Shown here: piece by piece, positions 15,906-27,613 of the stretch | How the letters are laid out: the number at the start of each line of letters is the position of its first letter | Numbering within the stretch: position 1 is the stretch's first letter | Assembly: GCF_001457615.1 (NCBI RefSeq) | Contig: NZ_LN831024.1 | Span: 5,520,001 to 5,552,000 of the forward strand | Direction of reading: 5' to 3' | Origin: Pseudomonas aeruginosa | Lineage (GTDB): Bacteria > Pseudomonadota > Gammaproteobacteria > Pseudomonadales > Pseudomonadaceae | Length of the DNA stretch: 32,000 bases | Position numbers and translations under genes: made by a program | The notes under the pieces: generated by a model | The model's input: the letters and a program-made list of their open reading frames with translations, nothing else | Told to the model about the DNA's origin: nothing | Database searches by the model: none

Positions 15906-16928
15906 TCAGCGCCTGATCAGCACCCGTCGGCCTTGGTGCACGAGGCGCAGGCCATGGGTCTGCGCCAGCATCGCCAGGGCCAGCGGCAGGTCGTCGACGG
16001 GAAAGGTGCCGGAGACCCGAAGCGGGTCCAGCGACGGCTCGCACTCGATGCTCTCGCCGCCGTAGCGCATCAGTTCTCCCGCCCACTGCCGCAGCGGCAT
16101 GTCGTCGGCCACCAGCAGGCCCTGGCGCCAGGCCAGCGCGGCCTCGCTGGCGGACTCGACGGGGCCGATCCGCTGGCGATCGAAGCGCACCCGCTGGCCA
16201 GCCTCGATCACCCGGCCATCCGCCGCGCTCGCGGCGCCCTCCGGACGCACCTGGACCGCGCCTTCGTACACCGCCAGCACTGTCTCTGCGCCCTCGCGTC
16301 GGACGCTGAAGGCGGTACCCAGCGCGCGCATCAGGCCCTGTTCGGTCCGCACCAGGAACGGCCGCGGCGGCTCGCGCCGATCCGCCGCGGTGCGGAGGTA
16401 GATCTCTCCGCGATACAGGCGCAGCAGGCGCTGGCCGGCGTCGTAGCGCACGTCCAGCGCGCTGTCGGTGTTCATCTCGACCTGGCTGCCGTCCTCCAGC
16501 ACCAGGTCGCGCCGCTCGCCGACGGCAGTGAGGTAGTCGGCGCCGAAGCCGTCGCGCCAGACCTGCGCGCGCCATCCCCACCAGACCAGCGGTGCGCCGC
16601 CGAGCAGCAGGGCGAGGCCGCGCAGGACCGCGCGCCGGCCGCTGCCGGACGGACGCTCGAGCGCACGCCGGGCCAGCGCCGGCGGCAGCGAACCGATATT
16701 CGCCAGCAGACGCTCGGCGCGCCGCCAGGCGCGCTGGTGCTCGGGGCTGCGCGAGCGCCAGGACTCCAGCTCGGCCTGCTGCGCCGGAGCCAGCGGCCCC
16801 TCCTGCATCAGCAGCAGCCAGGAGGCGGTCTCCCTGAGCACCTGCGGGGCGATCGCCTCGGCGGCCGGCGGCCCGGAAAGCTCCGTATCGCCCGCCTGCG
16901 GCGCCCGGCGGGAAGCGCGGTCATTCAT
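15906..16928 (-). CDS. FecR-type transmembrane anti-sigma factor / signal transducer
   Basis: 340 aa. N-terminal cytoplasmic anti-sigma domain, single TM AVLRGLALLLGGAPLVWWGW, periplasmic FecR domain. The start overlaps the sigma gene stop by 8 bp. Confidence 0.9.
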   Translation of the reverse strand: MNDRASRRAPQAGDTELSGPPAAEAIAPQVLRETASWLLLMQEGPLAPAQQAELESWRSRSPEHQRAWRRAERLLANIGSLPPALARRALERPSGSGRRAVLRGLALLLGGAPLVWWGWRAQVWRDGFGADYLTAVGERRDLVLEDGSQVEMNTDSALDVRYDAGQRLLRLYRGEIYLRTAADRREPPRPFLVRTEQGLMRALGTAFSVRREGAETVLAVYEGAVQVRPEGAASAADGRVIEAGQRVRFDRQRIGPVESASEAALAWRQGLLVADDMPLRQWAGELMRYGGESIECEPSLDPLRVSGTFPVDDLPLALAMLAQTHGLRLVHQGRRVLIRR

Positions 16929-17472
16929 CGGGCATCAGGCTCAGGCAGGTCACGTAGGCCTGGTGGATGAACTTCTTCACCGTCGGCAGCGCGACGCCCA
17001 GCGCCTGGGCGATGTCCTTCTGCTTCATGCCGTCCAGCGTCGCCATCAGGAATGCCTGTTTCACCCGCGGGCGCAGGGTATCGAGCAGCGCGTCGATCTC
17101 GTGCAGGGTCTCGACGATCACGCTCTGTTGTTCCGGCGACGGCTGCAACGGCTCGGGCAGCGTGGCCAGGGCCTCCAGCCAGGCAAGTTCCAGCGATTGG
17201 CGACGGCGCCAACTGACCAGCACGCAGTTGGCGATACGGGTGAGATAGGCGCGCGGCTGACGGATCGCTTCACGCTGGCCGCCGTCGCGGCTGGCGAGAA
17301 TGCGCAGGAAGGTGTCATGGGCCAGGTCGTCGGCCACGCCGCGTCCCCAGGAGCGGAGTTGGTAGGCCAGCCAGTTGCGCAGCCAGGCATGGTTTTCACG
17401 GTAGAGCGTGGCGACGCCGTCGCGGTCCGCGGACAGGCAGGAACTCGGCGCATTCATCGGAGGCGCATTCAT
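16921..17472 (-). CDS. ECF (FecI-like, iron-starvation) sigma-70 family factor
   Basis: 183 aa. Region 2 DLAHDTFLRIL, region 4 HTH KQKDIAQALGVALPTVKKFIHQA. There are two in-frame ATGs (17472 and 17457) created by a 15-bp tandem duplication. Confidence 0.9.
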   Translation of the reverse strand: MNAPPMNAPSSCLSADRDGVATLYRENHAWLRNWLAYQLRSWGRGVADDLAHDTFLRILASRDGGQREAIRQPRAYLTRIANCVLVSWRRRQSLELAWLEALATLPEPLQPSPEQQSVIVETLHEIDALLDTLRPRVKQAFLMATLDGMKQKDIAQALGVALPTVKKFIHQAYVTCLSLMPDE

Positions 17473-17477
17473 CGGAA
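17448..17477. repeat. 15-bp direct tandem duplication (GCGCATTCATCGGAG / GCGCATTCATCGGAA) spanning the sigma-factor start codon
   Basis: Read directly, 14/15 identity. It produces the N-terminus MNAPPMNAPS. Confidence 0.85.
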
Positions 17478-17496
17478 TAGTCAGCTGGATTCAATC

Positions 17497-17516
17497 GCAA
17501 ATGAAAACTATTATCA
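17497..17516. promoter_or_regulatory. Fur box overlapping the -10 (GATAAT) of the ECF sigma promoter
   Basis: TGAAAAC-T-ATTATCA matches the 7-1-7 Fur consensus TGATAAT-N-ATTATCA at 12/14 positions, and 14/19 against GATAATGATAATCATTATC. It lies 25-45 nt upstream of the sigma ATG. Confidence 0.7.
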
Positions 17517-17654
17517 CTAATTTTGCGTTGACCACAATGCCGGCGACCCTTTCCGTCCGGCCCGCCGAACCCGAAATATCCCTTTTCCGATCTCGTGCGA
17601 CAGAGGGAATGAGAGCCCGCAATGCCGGGCGCCAACCCTGCGAGCGAAGAAGTC

Positions 17655-20591
17655 ATGTCCCTACAACGCCCTATCCCCAGCCTGGCGCGCCCCTTGTCGC
17701 GCCTCTCCCCGCTCACCCTTGCCCTGCGCTGGGCCCTGCTCGGCCTGTCGGCGGCCGGCGCCGGCCTGCTCGGCGGCGGCCTGGCCCACGCGCAGAGCGT
17801 CGGCCAGCACAGCGCGGCTACCCGCCTGGACGACGCCACGCCGCGCAGCTACGACATCCCGGCGGGTTCGCTGGGCGCCTCCCTGGGCGCCTTCGCCAGC
17901 CAGTCGGGCCTGCTGCTGTCCTTCGACCCCGAGCTGACCCGCGGCCGCACGGCGCCGGCGCTCAAGGGTCGCTACAGCGTACTGGAAGGCTTGCAGCGAG
18001 TCCTGTCGAACACCGGCCTGCAGGTCGCGGCGGGAACCTCCGGCGCCTACCTGCTGGTCGAGCCGCGCATGTCCGGAGAAGCCCCGGCCGACCTGTCGCC
18101 GGTGGTGGTCTCGGCCGCCGAGCTGGCCGATCCGCAGAAGGAAACCTATACCGCGCCACGCTCGTCGGTGTACCTCTCCAGCGAAGACATCGACCGCTTC
18201 GGCCGGGTTTCCGTGGGTGACCTGCTCCAGGGCATCCCGGGCGTACAGGTCGGCGACAGCCGCAACGGTGGCGCGCTGGACGTCAACATCCGCGGCATCC
18301 AGGGGCAGAGCCGGGTGGCGGTGCGGGTCGACGGCGCGGAGCAGGCGCTGGACGTCTACCGCGGCTACGCCGGCACCCAGCAGCGCAGCTACATCGATCC
18401 CGACCTGGTCAGCAGCGTGACCGTCGACAAGGGTCCCTCGACCCGCTCGGGCGCGATCGGCGGCAGCGTGGAAATGCGCACCATCGGCGTCAAGGACATC
18501 CTGGTCGCCGGCAAGGACCTCGGCGTGCGCTTCACCGGCGACGTCTGGAACAACGGCGTCGCCCCGCAGCACCGCAGCGCCAGTTCGAAGACCGAGAATC
18601 TCAGCAGCGTGCCGCACGATGACCGCGGCAGCCTGTTCGGCTCCCAGGCCAAGTCCGGCAGCGCCGCCTTCGCCTACCGCAACGAGCATCTGGACCTGGT
18701 CGCCGCCTATGCGCAGCGCAACCAGGGCAACTACTTTTCCGGCAAGAAAGGCCAGGACCGCTATCGCGTCTACAACCGCTACGGTCGCGAGGAAAGCAGC
18801 GTAGCCAAGGTCTACAACGCGGGAGAGGAAGTGCTCAACTCGTCGTCGGAGACCGAGTCCTACCTGCTCAAGGCGACCTGGCGCATCGCCGACGAGCACA
18901 CCCTGGACCTCGGCTATCGTCGCTACGACGGGCGCACCGGGGAGATCATGCCGTCGGACATCTTCCGTTTCGGCACCGCCGGCATCTACCAGTACCCATT
19001 GAGCGAAGTGAAGATCGACACCTACACCGCACGCTACCGTTACCTGCCCGAGAACAATCCGCTGGTGGACCTCAGCACCGGACTGTGGATGACCGAGGCG
19101 AAGAGCGACATGCTGACCTCGGTGCTGGCGCCGCGCTCCCAGGCCTATCGCTCCGACCGCAACTGGACGCGCCAGGACAACCGGCGCATCGGCGGCGACC
19201 TGAACAACGTGGCGCGCTTCGAAACCGACTTCGGCGATTTCAAGCTCGACCTCGGCGGCTCGTTCCAGGTCGAAGACATCCAGCCGCAGAAAAGCGTGGT
19301 CACCACCCTCCACGACATCAACGCCAACCGCACCCTGAGGGACGCCACCCGCCAGGAATACGGCCTCAACGGCAAGCTCGAGTTCAAGCCGGTCGAGCGC
19401 CTGACGCTATGGGGCGGCGGCCGCTACAGCCACTTCAACAGCAAGGACAACGGCATCTCCGCCTCGCCGCGGCGCGAGGATCGCGACATGCGCTTCATCA
19501 CGGTGAGCAGGCCCGGCTACTACGGCTCGATGATGTGGTTCCCCGACCAGAACGGCCAGTACACCGACGCCACCGATCCCCGCCTCAACAACGGCATCGT
19601 CACCAACAACACCAACAATCCGTTCGAAGGCATTCCCTTCGACGAGTTCGGCCCGGCCAACGTGACAGTCCATCCCTCGCGGGTCACCAACGTGGTCACC
19701 GGCTACAACTACAGCAAGAAGGGCAGCAGCCGCGGCGGCGGTTTCTCGCCGGCATTCGGGATCAATTTCGAGCTGGCCCCGGATACCTTCGTCTACGCCT
19801 CCTATACCGAAGGCCTGCGTCTGCCGTCGCTGTTCGAGACCAGCCAGGGCACCCTCCAGGTCGAGCCGGGCAAGGACCTCAAGCCCGAGCGTTCGCGCAG
19901 CTGGGAGATCGGTGCCAGCGCGCTGCGCGACAGCCTGTTGGCCGACGGCGACTCGGCGGCGATCAAGCTGGCCTACTTCAACAACACCATCAAGAACTAC
20001 ATCACCCGCTATTACGATCCGGGCCAGATGGGCCTGATGACCTTCAGCAACACCGACAGCTACCGCACCAGCGGTCTCGAACTGCAATCGCACTACGACG
20101 CAGGGCGGGTGTTCGCCGACCTGTCGGCGACCTACTACCTGAAGACCGAGACCTGCGACGCCGCCTTCGCCGCCAGGCTGCGCGCCGGCGCCAACCGCTA
20201 CCAGCGCACCGAGAACACGCCGAACTGCACGCCGGGCAGCTTCATGGGCTCCTATACCAACACGCAGAACCCGCCGCGGCTGGCGACCAACCTGACCGCC
20301 GGCCTGCGCTTCTTCGACCAGGCCCTGACCCTGGGCGGACGCATGACCTATACCTCCGGCCCCACCGCCACGGCGGACAAGCCCTGGCAGGTCGGCGCCA
20401 CCACACCGCAGATCGAGTACCGCTCGGTGCAGCTGTTCGACCTGTTCCTCAAGTACAAGCTGTTCGAGCACACCGAACTGAATGCCTCGCTGCAGAACCT
20501 CACCGACCGCTATTACCTCGACCCGCTGGCACAGAGCTTCATGCCCGCGCCCGGGCGTACCCTGCGGGTGGGGATGCAGGCGAAGTTCTGA
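17655..20591 (+). CDS. optI: TonB-dependent transducer (receptor with N-terminal signalling domain)
   Basis: ORF 17622-20591. I prefer ATG 17655 (MSLQRPIPS...), though 17622 is possible. Features: signal peptide, STN signalling domain (YDIPAGSLGASLGAFASQSGLLLSF), TonB box LSPVVVSA, plug and 22-strand barrel region, and a C-terminal ..VGMQAKF. Confidence 0.9.
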   Translation: MSLQRPIPSLARPLSRLSPLTLALRWALLGLSAAGAGLLGGGLAHAQSVGQHSAATRLDDATPRSYDIPAGSLGASLGAFASQSGLLLSFDPELTRGRTAPALKGRYSVLEGLQRVLSNTGLQVAAGTSGAYLLVEPRMSGEAPADLSPVVVSAAELADPQKETYTAPRSSVYLSSEDIDRFGRVSVGDLLQGIPGVQVGDSRNGGALDVNIRGIQGQSRVAVRVDGAEQALDVYRGYAGTQQRSYIDPDLVSSVTVDKGPSTRSGAIGGSVEMRTIGVKDILVAGKDLGVRFTGDVWNNGVAPQHRSASSKTENLSSVPHDDRGSLFGSQAKSGSAAFAYRNEHLDLVAAYAQRNQGNYFSGKKGQDRYRVYNRYGREESSVAKVYNAGEEVLNSSSETESYLLKATWRIADEHTLDLGYRRYDGRTGEIMPSDIFRFGTAGIYQYPLSEVKIDTYTARYRYLPENNPLVDLSTGLWMTEAKSDMLTSVLAPRSQAYRSDRNWTRQDNRRIGGDLNNVARFETDFGDFKLDLGGSFQVEDIQPQKSVVTTLHDINANRTLRDATRQEYGLNGKLEFKPVERLTLWGGGRYSHFNSKDNGISASPRREDRDMRFITVSRPGYYGSMMWFPDQNGQYTDATDPRLNNGIVTNNTNNPFEGIPFDEFGPANVTVHPSRVTNVVTGYNYSKKGSSRGGGFSPAFGINFELAPDTFVYASYTEGLRLPSLFETSQGTLQVEPGKDLKPERSRSWEIGASALRDSLLADGDSAAIKLAYFNNTIKNYITRYYDPGQMGLMTFSNTDSYRTSGLELQSHYDAGRVFADLSATYYLKTETCDAAFAARLRAGANRYQRTENTPNCTPGSFMGSYTNTQNPPRLATNLTAGLRFFDQALTLGGRMTYTSGPTATADKPWQVGATTPQIEYRSVQLFDLFLKYKLFEHTELNASLQNLTDRYYLDPLAQSFMPAPGRTLRVGMQAKF

Positions 20592-20640
20592 GCCGCCCTC
20601 TCCCCCTCCAGGCGTTGTCGGCGGAGCGCCGCTCCGGTAG

Positions 20641-20669
20641 GGCGGATAACCGCCCAGCGGCTATCCGCC
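20641..20669. repeat. REP-like palindromic element GGCGGATAACCGC-cca-GCGGCTATCCGCC
   Basis: Near-perfect hairpin in the 144-bp gap between convergent optI and opdK. Flanked by two further hairpins (20622-20636 and 20698-20715). Confidence 0.55.
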
Positions 20670-20735
20670 GAAGCACCGGGCCTCCCGCTCCCCGTCCCTC
20701 CGGAACTGTCCGGAGGAGCGGCGAGACAGCGTCCG

Positions 20736-21989
20736 TCACCACGACAACGGATAACTCACCACCAGCCGCGTCTGGTCGAAGTCGCTGTTGAAGCTGCGTC
20801 GGTTGCTGGCGTGGTTGAGGCGCACGTTGAGCCGCGCCAGCGGACCGCTCTGCACGGTGTAGCCGAGCTCGACATCGCGCTCCCATTCCTTGCCGCCGCT
20901 ACCGGCCTTGGTGGTGGCGTTCGAGCCATGGCCGTAGCGGACCATGCCGATCAGGCCGGGCCAGCCGAGGCCGACGAAATCGTAGTCGTAGCGCACCTGC
21001 CAGGAGCGTTCGTCGGCGTTGGTGAAGTTGCCGTTGAACATGTCGTTGCCCATGCTCCGCCCACTGCTGCCGTAGACCGATTGCCAGCCGCTGTCGCCGC
21101 CGACCTTCTGCAGGCCAAGGTAGAAGGTATGCAGGCCGATGCCGGCGGAAAACAGGCCGTAGAGGGTATGGCTGTCGATCTCTCCGGCGCGCGCGGCGCC
21201 GTCGTCGCGGTCGACGAACAGGCCGAGGTTGGCGCCCAGGGTCCAGTCGCCGACACGCTGCTTGTGCAGCAGGTTGGCGTAGCTCTGCCGGTAGACGTCC
21301 TCCAGTTGCCCGTGCCACAGGCCCAGTTGGGTGCGCTCGCGGTTGAAGCGGTACTCGGCGCCGGCATAGTTGAAACCGTCCGATTTCTGCGTCGGCGCGC
21401 TCCAGGCCGATAGGTCCTGCATGTCCGCCGAATTGCGCAGGCTCACCGCGTCGAAGCGTCCGGCCTGCAGAGCCAGGCCCGGCAGCTCGCGGGAAACCAC
21501 GGCGAAACCGCGGAACGTCTGCGGCAGCAGGCGTCCGTCGTCGTAGCGCAACAGCGGAATGTCCGGGAGCATCTCGCCGATCTTCAGTTCGCTGGCCGAA
21601 ACGCGCAGCTTGGCGGCCACGCCGACGCGCCCATAGTTGTCCGCCGCGCGACCGTCATCGTGCAACGGAAGAAGCTCGGAATTGCTGGTGCCACGTCCGC
21701 TGTTCAGCTTCACGCCGAACAGGCCGATGGCGTCGAGGCCGACGCCGACCGTGCCCGGGGTATAGCCGGAACTGAACTTGAGGATGAAGCCCTGCGCCCA
21801 CTCGTCCACCAGGCTCTTGCCGGCATCGTGGTCGCGGAAATCGCGGTTGAAGTAATAGTTGCGCAGGACCAGGTCGGTCTTCGCATCCTCCAGGAAGCCG
21901 CCCTCGGCAGCTTGCGCGGCAAGACAGGCGAGCATCGGCAGGACCGCCCCTGCATTGCGCGGGACTGCGGTTTTACGACGGATTTTCAT
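20736..21989 (-). CDS. opdK: OprD-family substrate-specific porin (OccK1/OpdK, aromatic acid / vanillate channel)
   Basis: ATG at 21989 (MKIRRKTAV...). Signal peptide ..CLAAQAAEG. OprD-family hallmark FLEDAKTDLVLRNYYFNRDFRD. C-terminal ..SYPLSW. 417 aa. Confidence 0.88.
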   Translation of the reverse strand: MKIRRKTAVPRNAGAVLPMLACLAAQAAEGGFLEDAKTDLVLRNYYFNRDFRDHDAGKSLVDEWAQGFILKFSSGYTPGTVGVGLDAIGLFGVKLNSGRGTSNSELLPLHDDGRAADNYGRVGVAAKLRVSASELKIGEMLPDIPLLRYDDGRLLPQTFRGFAVVSRELPGLALQAGRFDAVSLRNSADMQDLSAWSAPTQKSDGFNYAGAEYRFNRERTQLGLWHGQLEDVYRQSYANLLHKQRVGDWTLGANLGLFVDRDDGAARAGEIDSHTLYGLFSAGIGLHTFYLGLQKVGGDSGWQSVYGSSGRSMGNDMFNGNFTNADERSWQVRYDYDFVGLGWPGLIGMVRYGHGSNATTKAGSGGKEWERDVELGYTVQSGPLARLNVRLNHASNRRSFNSDFDQTRLVVSYPLSW

Positions 21990-22096
21990 TGTTATTGTGC
22001 TCCGTTTTTCAGGGACGACCGAGCCCCGGCAGCCTCTGCGGGCCACCTGGCGACGACGGTCGGGTCAGCAGCGGGGCGCGGGCCCCGCCGCCAGGG

Positions 22097-23566
22097 TCAG
22101 AACGGGTACTGGCGCGGCGCGTGCTGCACGCTGATCCAGTGGTCGGTGGTGAATTCCTCGATGGCCCAGTCGCCGTTGAAGCGGCCAAGTCCGGAGTTCT
22201 TCTCGCCGCCGAAGGGCGCGTTGGCCTCGTCGTTCACCGGAATGTCGTTGACGTGGGTCATCCCCGCGCGAAGCTGGCGGGCAAAGCACACCGCGCGTTC
22301 CAGGTCGCGGCTGAACACCGCGCTGGACAGCCCGTATTCGCTGGCGTTGGCCAACTCCAGCGCATGCGCCTCGTCGCGCGCGCGGAGCAGGCCGACCAGC
22401 GGGCCGAAGATTTCATCGCGGGCGATCTCCATCGTCGCGGTGACCTCGCCGAATACGTGCGGAGCCAGCAACTGCCCATCGACGCCGCCCTCGTACAGCG
22501 GCTTGGCGCCTTCCTGGCGGGCCAGGCGGATCTTTTCCAGCAGGCCTTCGAGCTGGCGCGCGTTGACGATCGGCCCGACCGCGGTATCGGCGCGCTGCGG
22601 ATCGCCGACCCGGAGACCCTTGACCCGCTCGACGAAGCGCGCGGCGAAAGCGTCGTAGAGGCTGTCCTCGACGATGATGCGGTTGATCGCCATGCAGATC
22701 TGCCCCTGGTGGAGGAACTTGCCGAACACCGCGGCATTCACCGCCTGCTCCAGATCGGCGTCGCCGAGCACCACGAACGGACTGTTGCCGCCCAGCTCCA
22801 GCGCCACGTGCTTGAGGTGCGCGCCGCCGCTGGCGATGCGGCCGATGTTACGGCCCACCGGGGTCGATCCGGTGAAGGTCACCAGGCCCGGCACCGGGTG
22901 CTCGACGAAGGCGTCGCCGATCTCGCTGCCGGGGCCGACCACCACGCTGAACAGCCCGGCCGGCAGCCCGGCCTCTTCGAAGATCCGCGCCAGCAGCAGT
23001 CCGCCGCAGACCGGCGTGTCGCTGGCCGGCTTGACCACCACCGCGTTGCCCAGCGCCAGGGCCGGGGCGATGGAACGCTGGGTCAGGTGCAGCGGGAAGT
23101 TCCACGGGCTGATCACCCCGACCACGCCGATGGCGCTGCGGTAGACCCGGCTTTCCTTGCCCGGCACGTCGGACTCGACGATGCGCCCGTGCACCCGTGC
23201 CGGGAACGACGCCGACTCCAGGGTGATCGCGCGCGCCGCGCCCCATTCGATCTCGGCCTTCAGGCGGGTGCTGCCGGACTCGCGGATGATCCAGTCGACG
23301 ATCTCCTCGTGGCGGCGGTCGAACACCTCCACCGCCTTGTACAGTACCGCCGCGCGTGCCGAGGGCCCGAGCGCGGCCCATGCCGGCTGGACCTCGGCGG
23401 CCTTGGCGTAGGCGGCATCGAGGTCGTCGCGGTCGGCCTGCTCGATCTCCAGCAGCAGGCTGCCGTCGAACGGGTTGCTCACCTTCAGCCGGCGGCCGGC
23501 CCGGCCGTGGCGCCACTCGCCGGCCAGGGGCTGGAGACCGAGGTCGGTATAACGGGAATCGCTCAT
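22097..23566 (-). CDS. NAD(P)+-dependent aryl-aldehyde dehydrogenase (benzaldehyde / vanillin dehydrogenase-like)
   Basis: 489 aa ALDH superfamily. Catalytic Glu in LELGGNSP, catalytic Cys in GQICMAINR, cofactor motif [19 protein letters not shown] upstream. Confidence 0.9.
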   Translation of the reverse strand: MSDSRYTDLGLQPLAGEWRHGRAGRRLKVSNPFDGSLLLEIEQADRDDLDAAYAKAAEVQPAWAALGPSARAAVLYKAVEVFDRRHEEIVDWIIRESGSTRLKAEIEWGAARAITLESASFPARVHGRIVESDVPGKESRVYRSAIGVVGVISPWNFPLHLTQRSIAPALALGNAVVVKPASDTPVCGGLLLARIFEEAGLPAGLFSVVVGPGSEIGDAFVEHPVPGLVTFTGSTPVGRNIGRIASGGAHLKHVALELGGNSPFVVLGDADLEQAVNAAVFGKFLHQGQICMAINRIIVEDSLYDAFAARFVERVKGLRVGDPQRADTAVGPIVNARQLEGLLEKIRLARQEGAKPLYEGGVDGQLLAPHVFGEVTATMEIARDEIFGPLVGLLRARDEAHALELANASEYGLSSAVFSRDLERAVCFARQLRAGMTHVNDIPVNDEANAPFGGEKNSGLGRFNGDWAIEEFTTDHWISVQHAPRQYPF

Positions 23567-23588
23567 CGCTCTTCTCCTCTTTCGAAAA

Positions 23589-24929
23589 TCACAGGGGTTT
23601 CTTCGCCGTCGCGTCGACGGACGCTTCCGCCGGCACGCGCGGCCGCAGGTGGATGCAGGCGATCGCCAGCGCGCCGATCACGCCGGGCGCGGCGAAGGCC
23701 AGGAAGTTCTGCTGGAACGGCAGCTCCAGGGCCAGCAGGCTGCCGCCGAGCATCGGCCCGGCGATGGCGCCGAGGCGGCCGACGCCGGCGGCCCAGCCGA
23801 CCCCGGTGGAGCGCACCCAGGCCGGATAGAACTGCGCGGCGTAGGCATGGATCACCGCCAGGGTGCCGATGGTGGTGGCGCCGGCCACCACCAGCAGGCC
23901 GTTGAGCAGCCAGGGGCCTGGCCCCTGGCCGAGGGCCGCCAGGGAGGCCGCGGCCAGGGCGAAGAACAGCACCAGGGTGCGGCCGGCGCCGAGGCGGTCG
24001 GCCAGCCAGCCGCCGAACAACGCACCGAGGGTCGCCCCGACATTCAGGGTGACGAGGAACGCCAGGCTCGAACCGAGGGCGTAGCCGCCGCCGGCCATCA
24101 GTTTCGGCAACCAGGTGTTGAGCCCGTAGCTCATCAGCATGCACATGGCGAAGGCCACCCACAGCAGCAGGGTGCCCACTGCCTGGCGCCCCTCGAACAA
24201 CTGGGCGACCCGTCCGCTCGGCGCTTCGGCCGCGACAGCGTTCGCCCGCTCGGCGCCGGGCCGGTAGTCGGGATCGACCTTGCGCAGCAGCGCGTCCAGT
24301 TCGGCGCGGCGGCCCTTGAGTTCGAGGAACGCCGCCGACTCCGGCAACCAGCGCAACATCAGCGGCACCGCCAGCACCGGCAGCACCGCCACGTAGAACA
24401 CCGATTGCCAGCCCCAGGCGGGGATCATGGCGATCGCCAGTAGCGCCGAGAGCACCGCGCCCACCGAGTAGAAGGCCGACATCACCGTGACCAGGGTGCT
24501 GCGCCGCCCGGCCGGGGCGAATTCGCTGATCAGGTTGATCGCGCTGGGCACCAGCGCGCCCAGTGCCAGGCCGGTGAAGAAGCGTCCGGCGCCCAGTTCC
24601 AGCGGGTCGCGGGCGTGCCCGGTGAGGAAGGCGGCGAGGCTCGCCAGCAGGGTGGTGGCGATCACCAGGCGGCGCCGGCCGAAACGGTCCGCCAGCGGCG
24701 CCAGCAGGGTGCCGCCGAAGAGCATGCCGAACAGCGCGCAACTGCCGAGGGTGCCGGCCTGCACCGGGCTCAGCTGCCACTCCTGCATCAGGCGTGGCAC
24801 CACCGAGCCGTAGATGACCATGTCGTAGCCGTCGAACAGCATGATGAAACACCCCCAGCCGAGGATCAGCCAGTGAGTACGGTTAAAGCGGGCAGCGTCG
24901 ATCACCGCCGCAGCGGATTGCCTGTTCAT
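23589..24929 (-). CDS. MFS aromatic acid:H+ symporter family transporter
   Basis: ATG at 24929 after AGAGAGG. N-terminal [11 protein letters not shown] motif typical of the PcaK/BenK/MhpT-like family. 446 aa, 12 TMS. Confidence 0.85.
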   Translation of the reverse strand: MNRQSAAAVIDAARFNRTHWLILGWGCFIMLFDGYDMVIYGSVVPRLMQEWQLSPVQAGTLGSCALFGMLFGGTLLAPLADRFGRRRLVIATTLLASLAAFLTGHARDPLELGAGRFFTGLALGALVPSAINLISEFAPAGRRSTLVTVMSAFYSVGAVLSALLAIAMIPAWGWQSVFYVAVLPVLAVPLMLRWLPESAAFLELKGRRAELDALLRKVDPDYRPGAERANAVAAEAPSGRVAQLFEGRQAVGTLLLWVAFAMCMLMSYGLNTWLPKLMAGGGYALGSSLAFLVTLNVGATLGALFGGWLADRLGAGRTLVLFFALAAASLAALGQGPGPWLLNGLLVVAGATTIGTLAVIHAYAAQFYPAWVRSTGVGWAAGVGRLGAIAGPMLGGSLLALELPFQQNFLAFAAPGVIGALAIACIHLRPRVPAEASVDATAKKPL

Positions 24930-25015
24930 ACCAACCTCTCTCTTGTTCTTGTTATGGGCGCACGCGGGCGTCGGTCGGCACCGCCCACTCTGGCATGGGG
25001 CGGCGCCGTGGAACA

Positions 25016-26702
<1,687 letters not shown>

Positions 26703-27599
26703 ATGAGTCCGATCGATCTCAACCTGATCCGCACCTTCGTCACCCTCTACGAAGCCGGCAGCGTGACCCTCGCCGCGGAGCGCCTGTTCGTCACCCAGCC
26801 ATCGGTGAGCTACGCCCTGGCGCGCCTGCGCGAACTGTTCGACGACGCGTTGTTCACCCGCACCCGCGACGGCATCCAGCCGACCTTCGTCGCCGAGCAG
26901 CTCTACGGCACCTTCCGCGAGTCGCTGACGCGCATCGAGGGCGCGGTACAGAGCGTTCGCCACTTCGATCCGGCGACCACCGAGCGACGTTTCCGCATCG
27001 CCCTCACCGATCTCGGCGAAGTGGGTTTCCTCTCGCTGATCCTCGAACGCCTGACCCGCGACGCGCCGTTCGCCGAAGTGGAAGTGCTGCCGCTGCAGGT
27101 GGACGAGGTCGGCGCCTGGCTGAGCAGCGCCAAGGTCGATGCGGCGATCTGCCGCCAGCCGGTGCCCGGCGCGCGCAGCCAGCGGGTCCTGCACGAGCGC
27201 TACGTGTGCCTGCTCAGCGACCGCCACCCGCGGATCGGCGACAGCCTGAGCCTGGAGCAGTACCTGGCCGAGCGGCACATCGTGGTGACCCGTACCTCCG
27301 GCCACGGCATCGCCGAGGACGTGCTCGAGGCCATGCAGGTGCAGCGCCGCATCAGCCTGCGGGTGCCGCACTTCTCGGTGCTGCCGAAGATCATTCCCGG
27401 TACCGAGCTGCTGACCATCCTGCCGGCGCAGATCGCCTATCGCTTCGTCGCCGAAGGCGGCATGCGCATGCTCGAACTGCCCTTCACCCTGCCGCCGTTC
27501 GACGTCTCCCTGCACTGGCACGAGAGCAGCGAACGCTCGGCGGCGCTGAACTGGTTCCGCACCACCATCGCCGAGGCGATCATCGCCGCCCAACGCTGA
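26703..27599 (+). CDS. LysR-family transcriptional regulator, divergent from the mdlC operon
   Basis: 298 aa. N-terminal wHTH LIRTFVTLYEAGSVTLAAERLFVTQPSVSYALARLRE, followed by a LysR substrate-binding domain. No recognisable SD before the ATG. Confidence 0.9.
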   Translation: MSPIDLNLIRTFVTLYEAGSVTLAAERLFVTQPSVSYALARLRELFDDALFTRTRDGIQPTFVAEQLYGTFRESLTRIEGAVQSVRHFDPATTERRFRIALTDLGEVGFLSLILERLTRDAPFAEVEVLPLQVDEVGAWLSSAKVDAAICRQPVPGARSQRVLHERYVCLLSDRHPRIGDSLSLEQYLAERHIVVTRTSGHGIAEDVLEAMQVQRRISLRVPHFSVLPKIIPGTELLTILPAQIAYRFVAEGGMRMLELPFTLPPFDVSLHWHESSERSAALNWFRTTIAEAIIAAQR

Positions 27600-27613
27600 A
27601 ACGCCGGCGGCCC

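Noticed and set aside
15890-17654. Idea that the ECF sigma / FecR / OptI system is functionally linked to the adjacent nickel/urease cluster (a nickel-metallophore receptor)
   Set aside because: The two units are convergent rather than co-transcribed, and the sigma promoter carries a Fur (iron) box. Adjacency alone is not evidence, so I kept this only as a passing remark.
22071-22088. GC hairpin GCGGGGC-gcgg-GCCCCGC between the aldehyde dehydrogenase and opdK genes as an operon-internal terminator
   Set aside because: No T-run follows on the transcribed (minus) strand. It may modulate mRNA stability, but the evidence is insufficient for a call.
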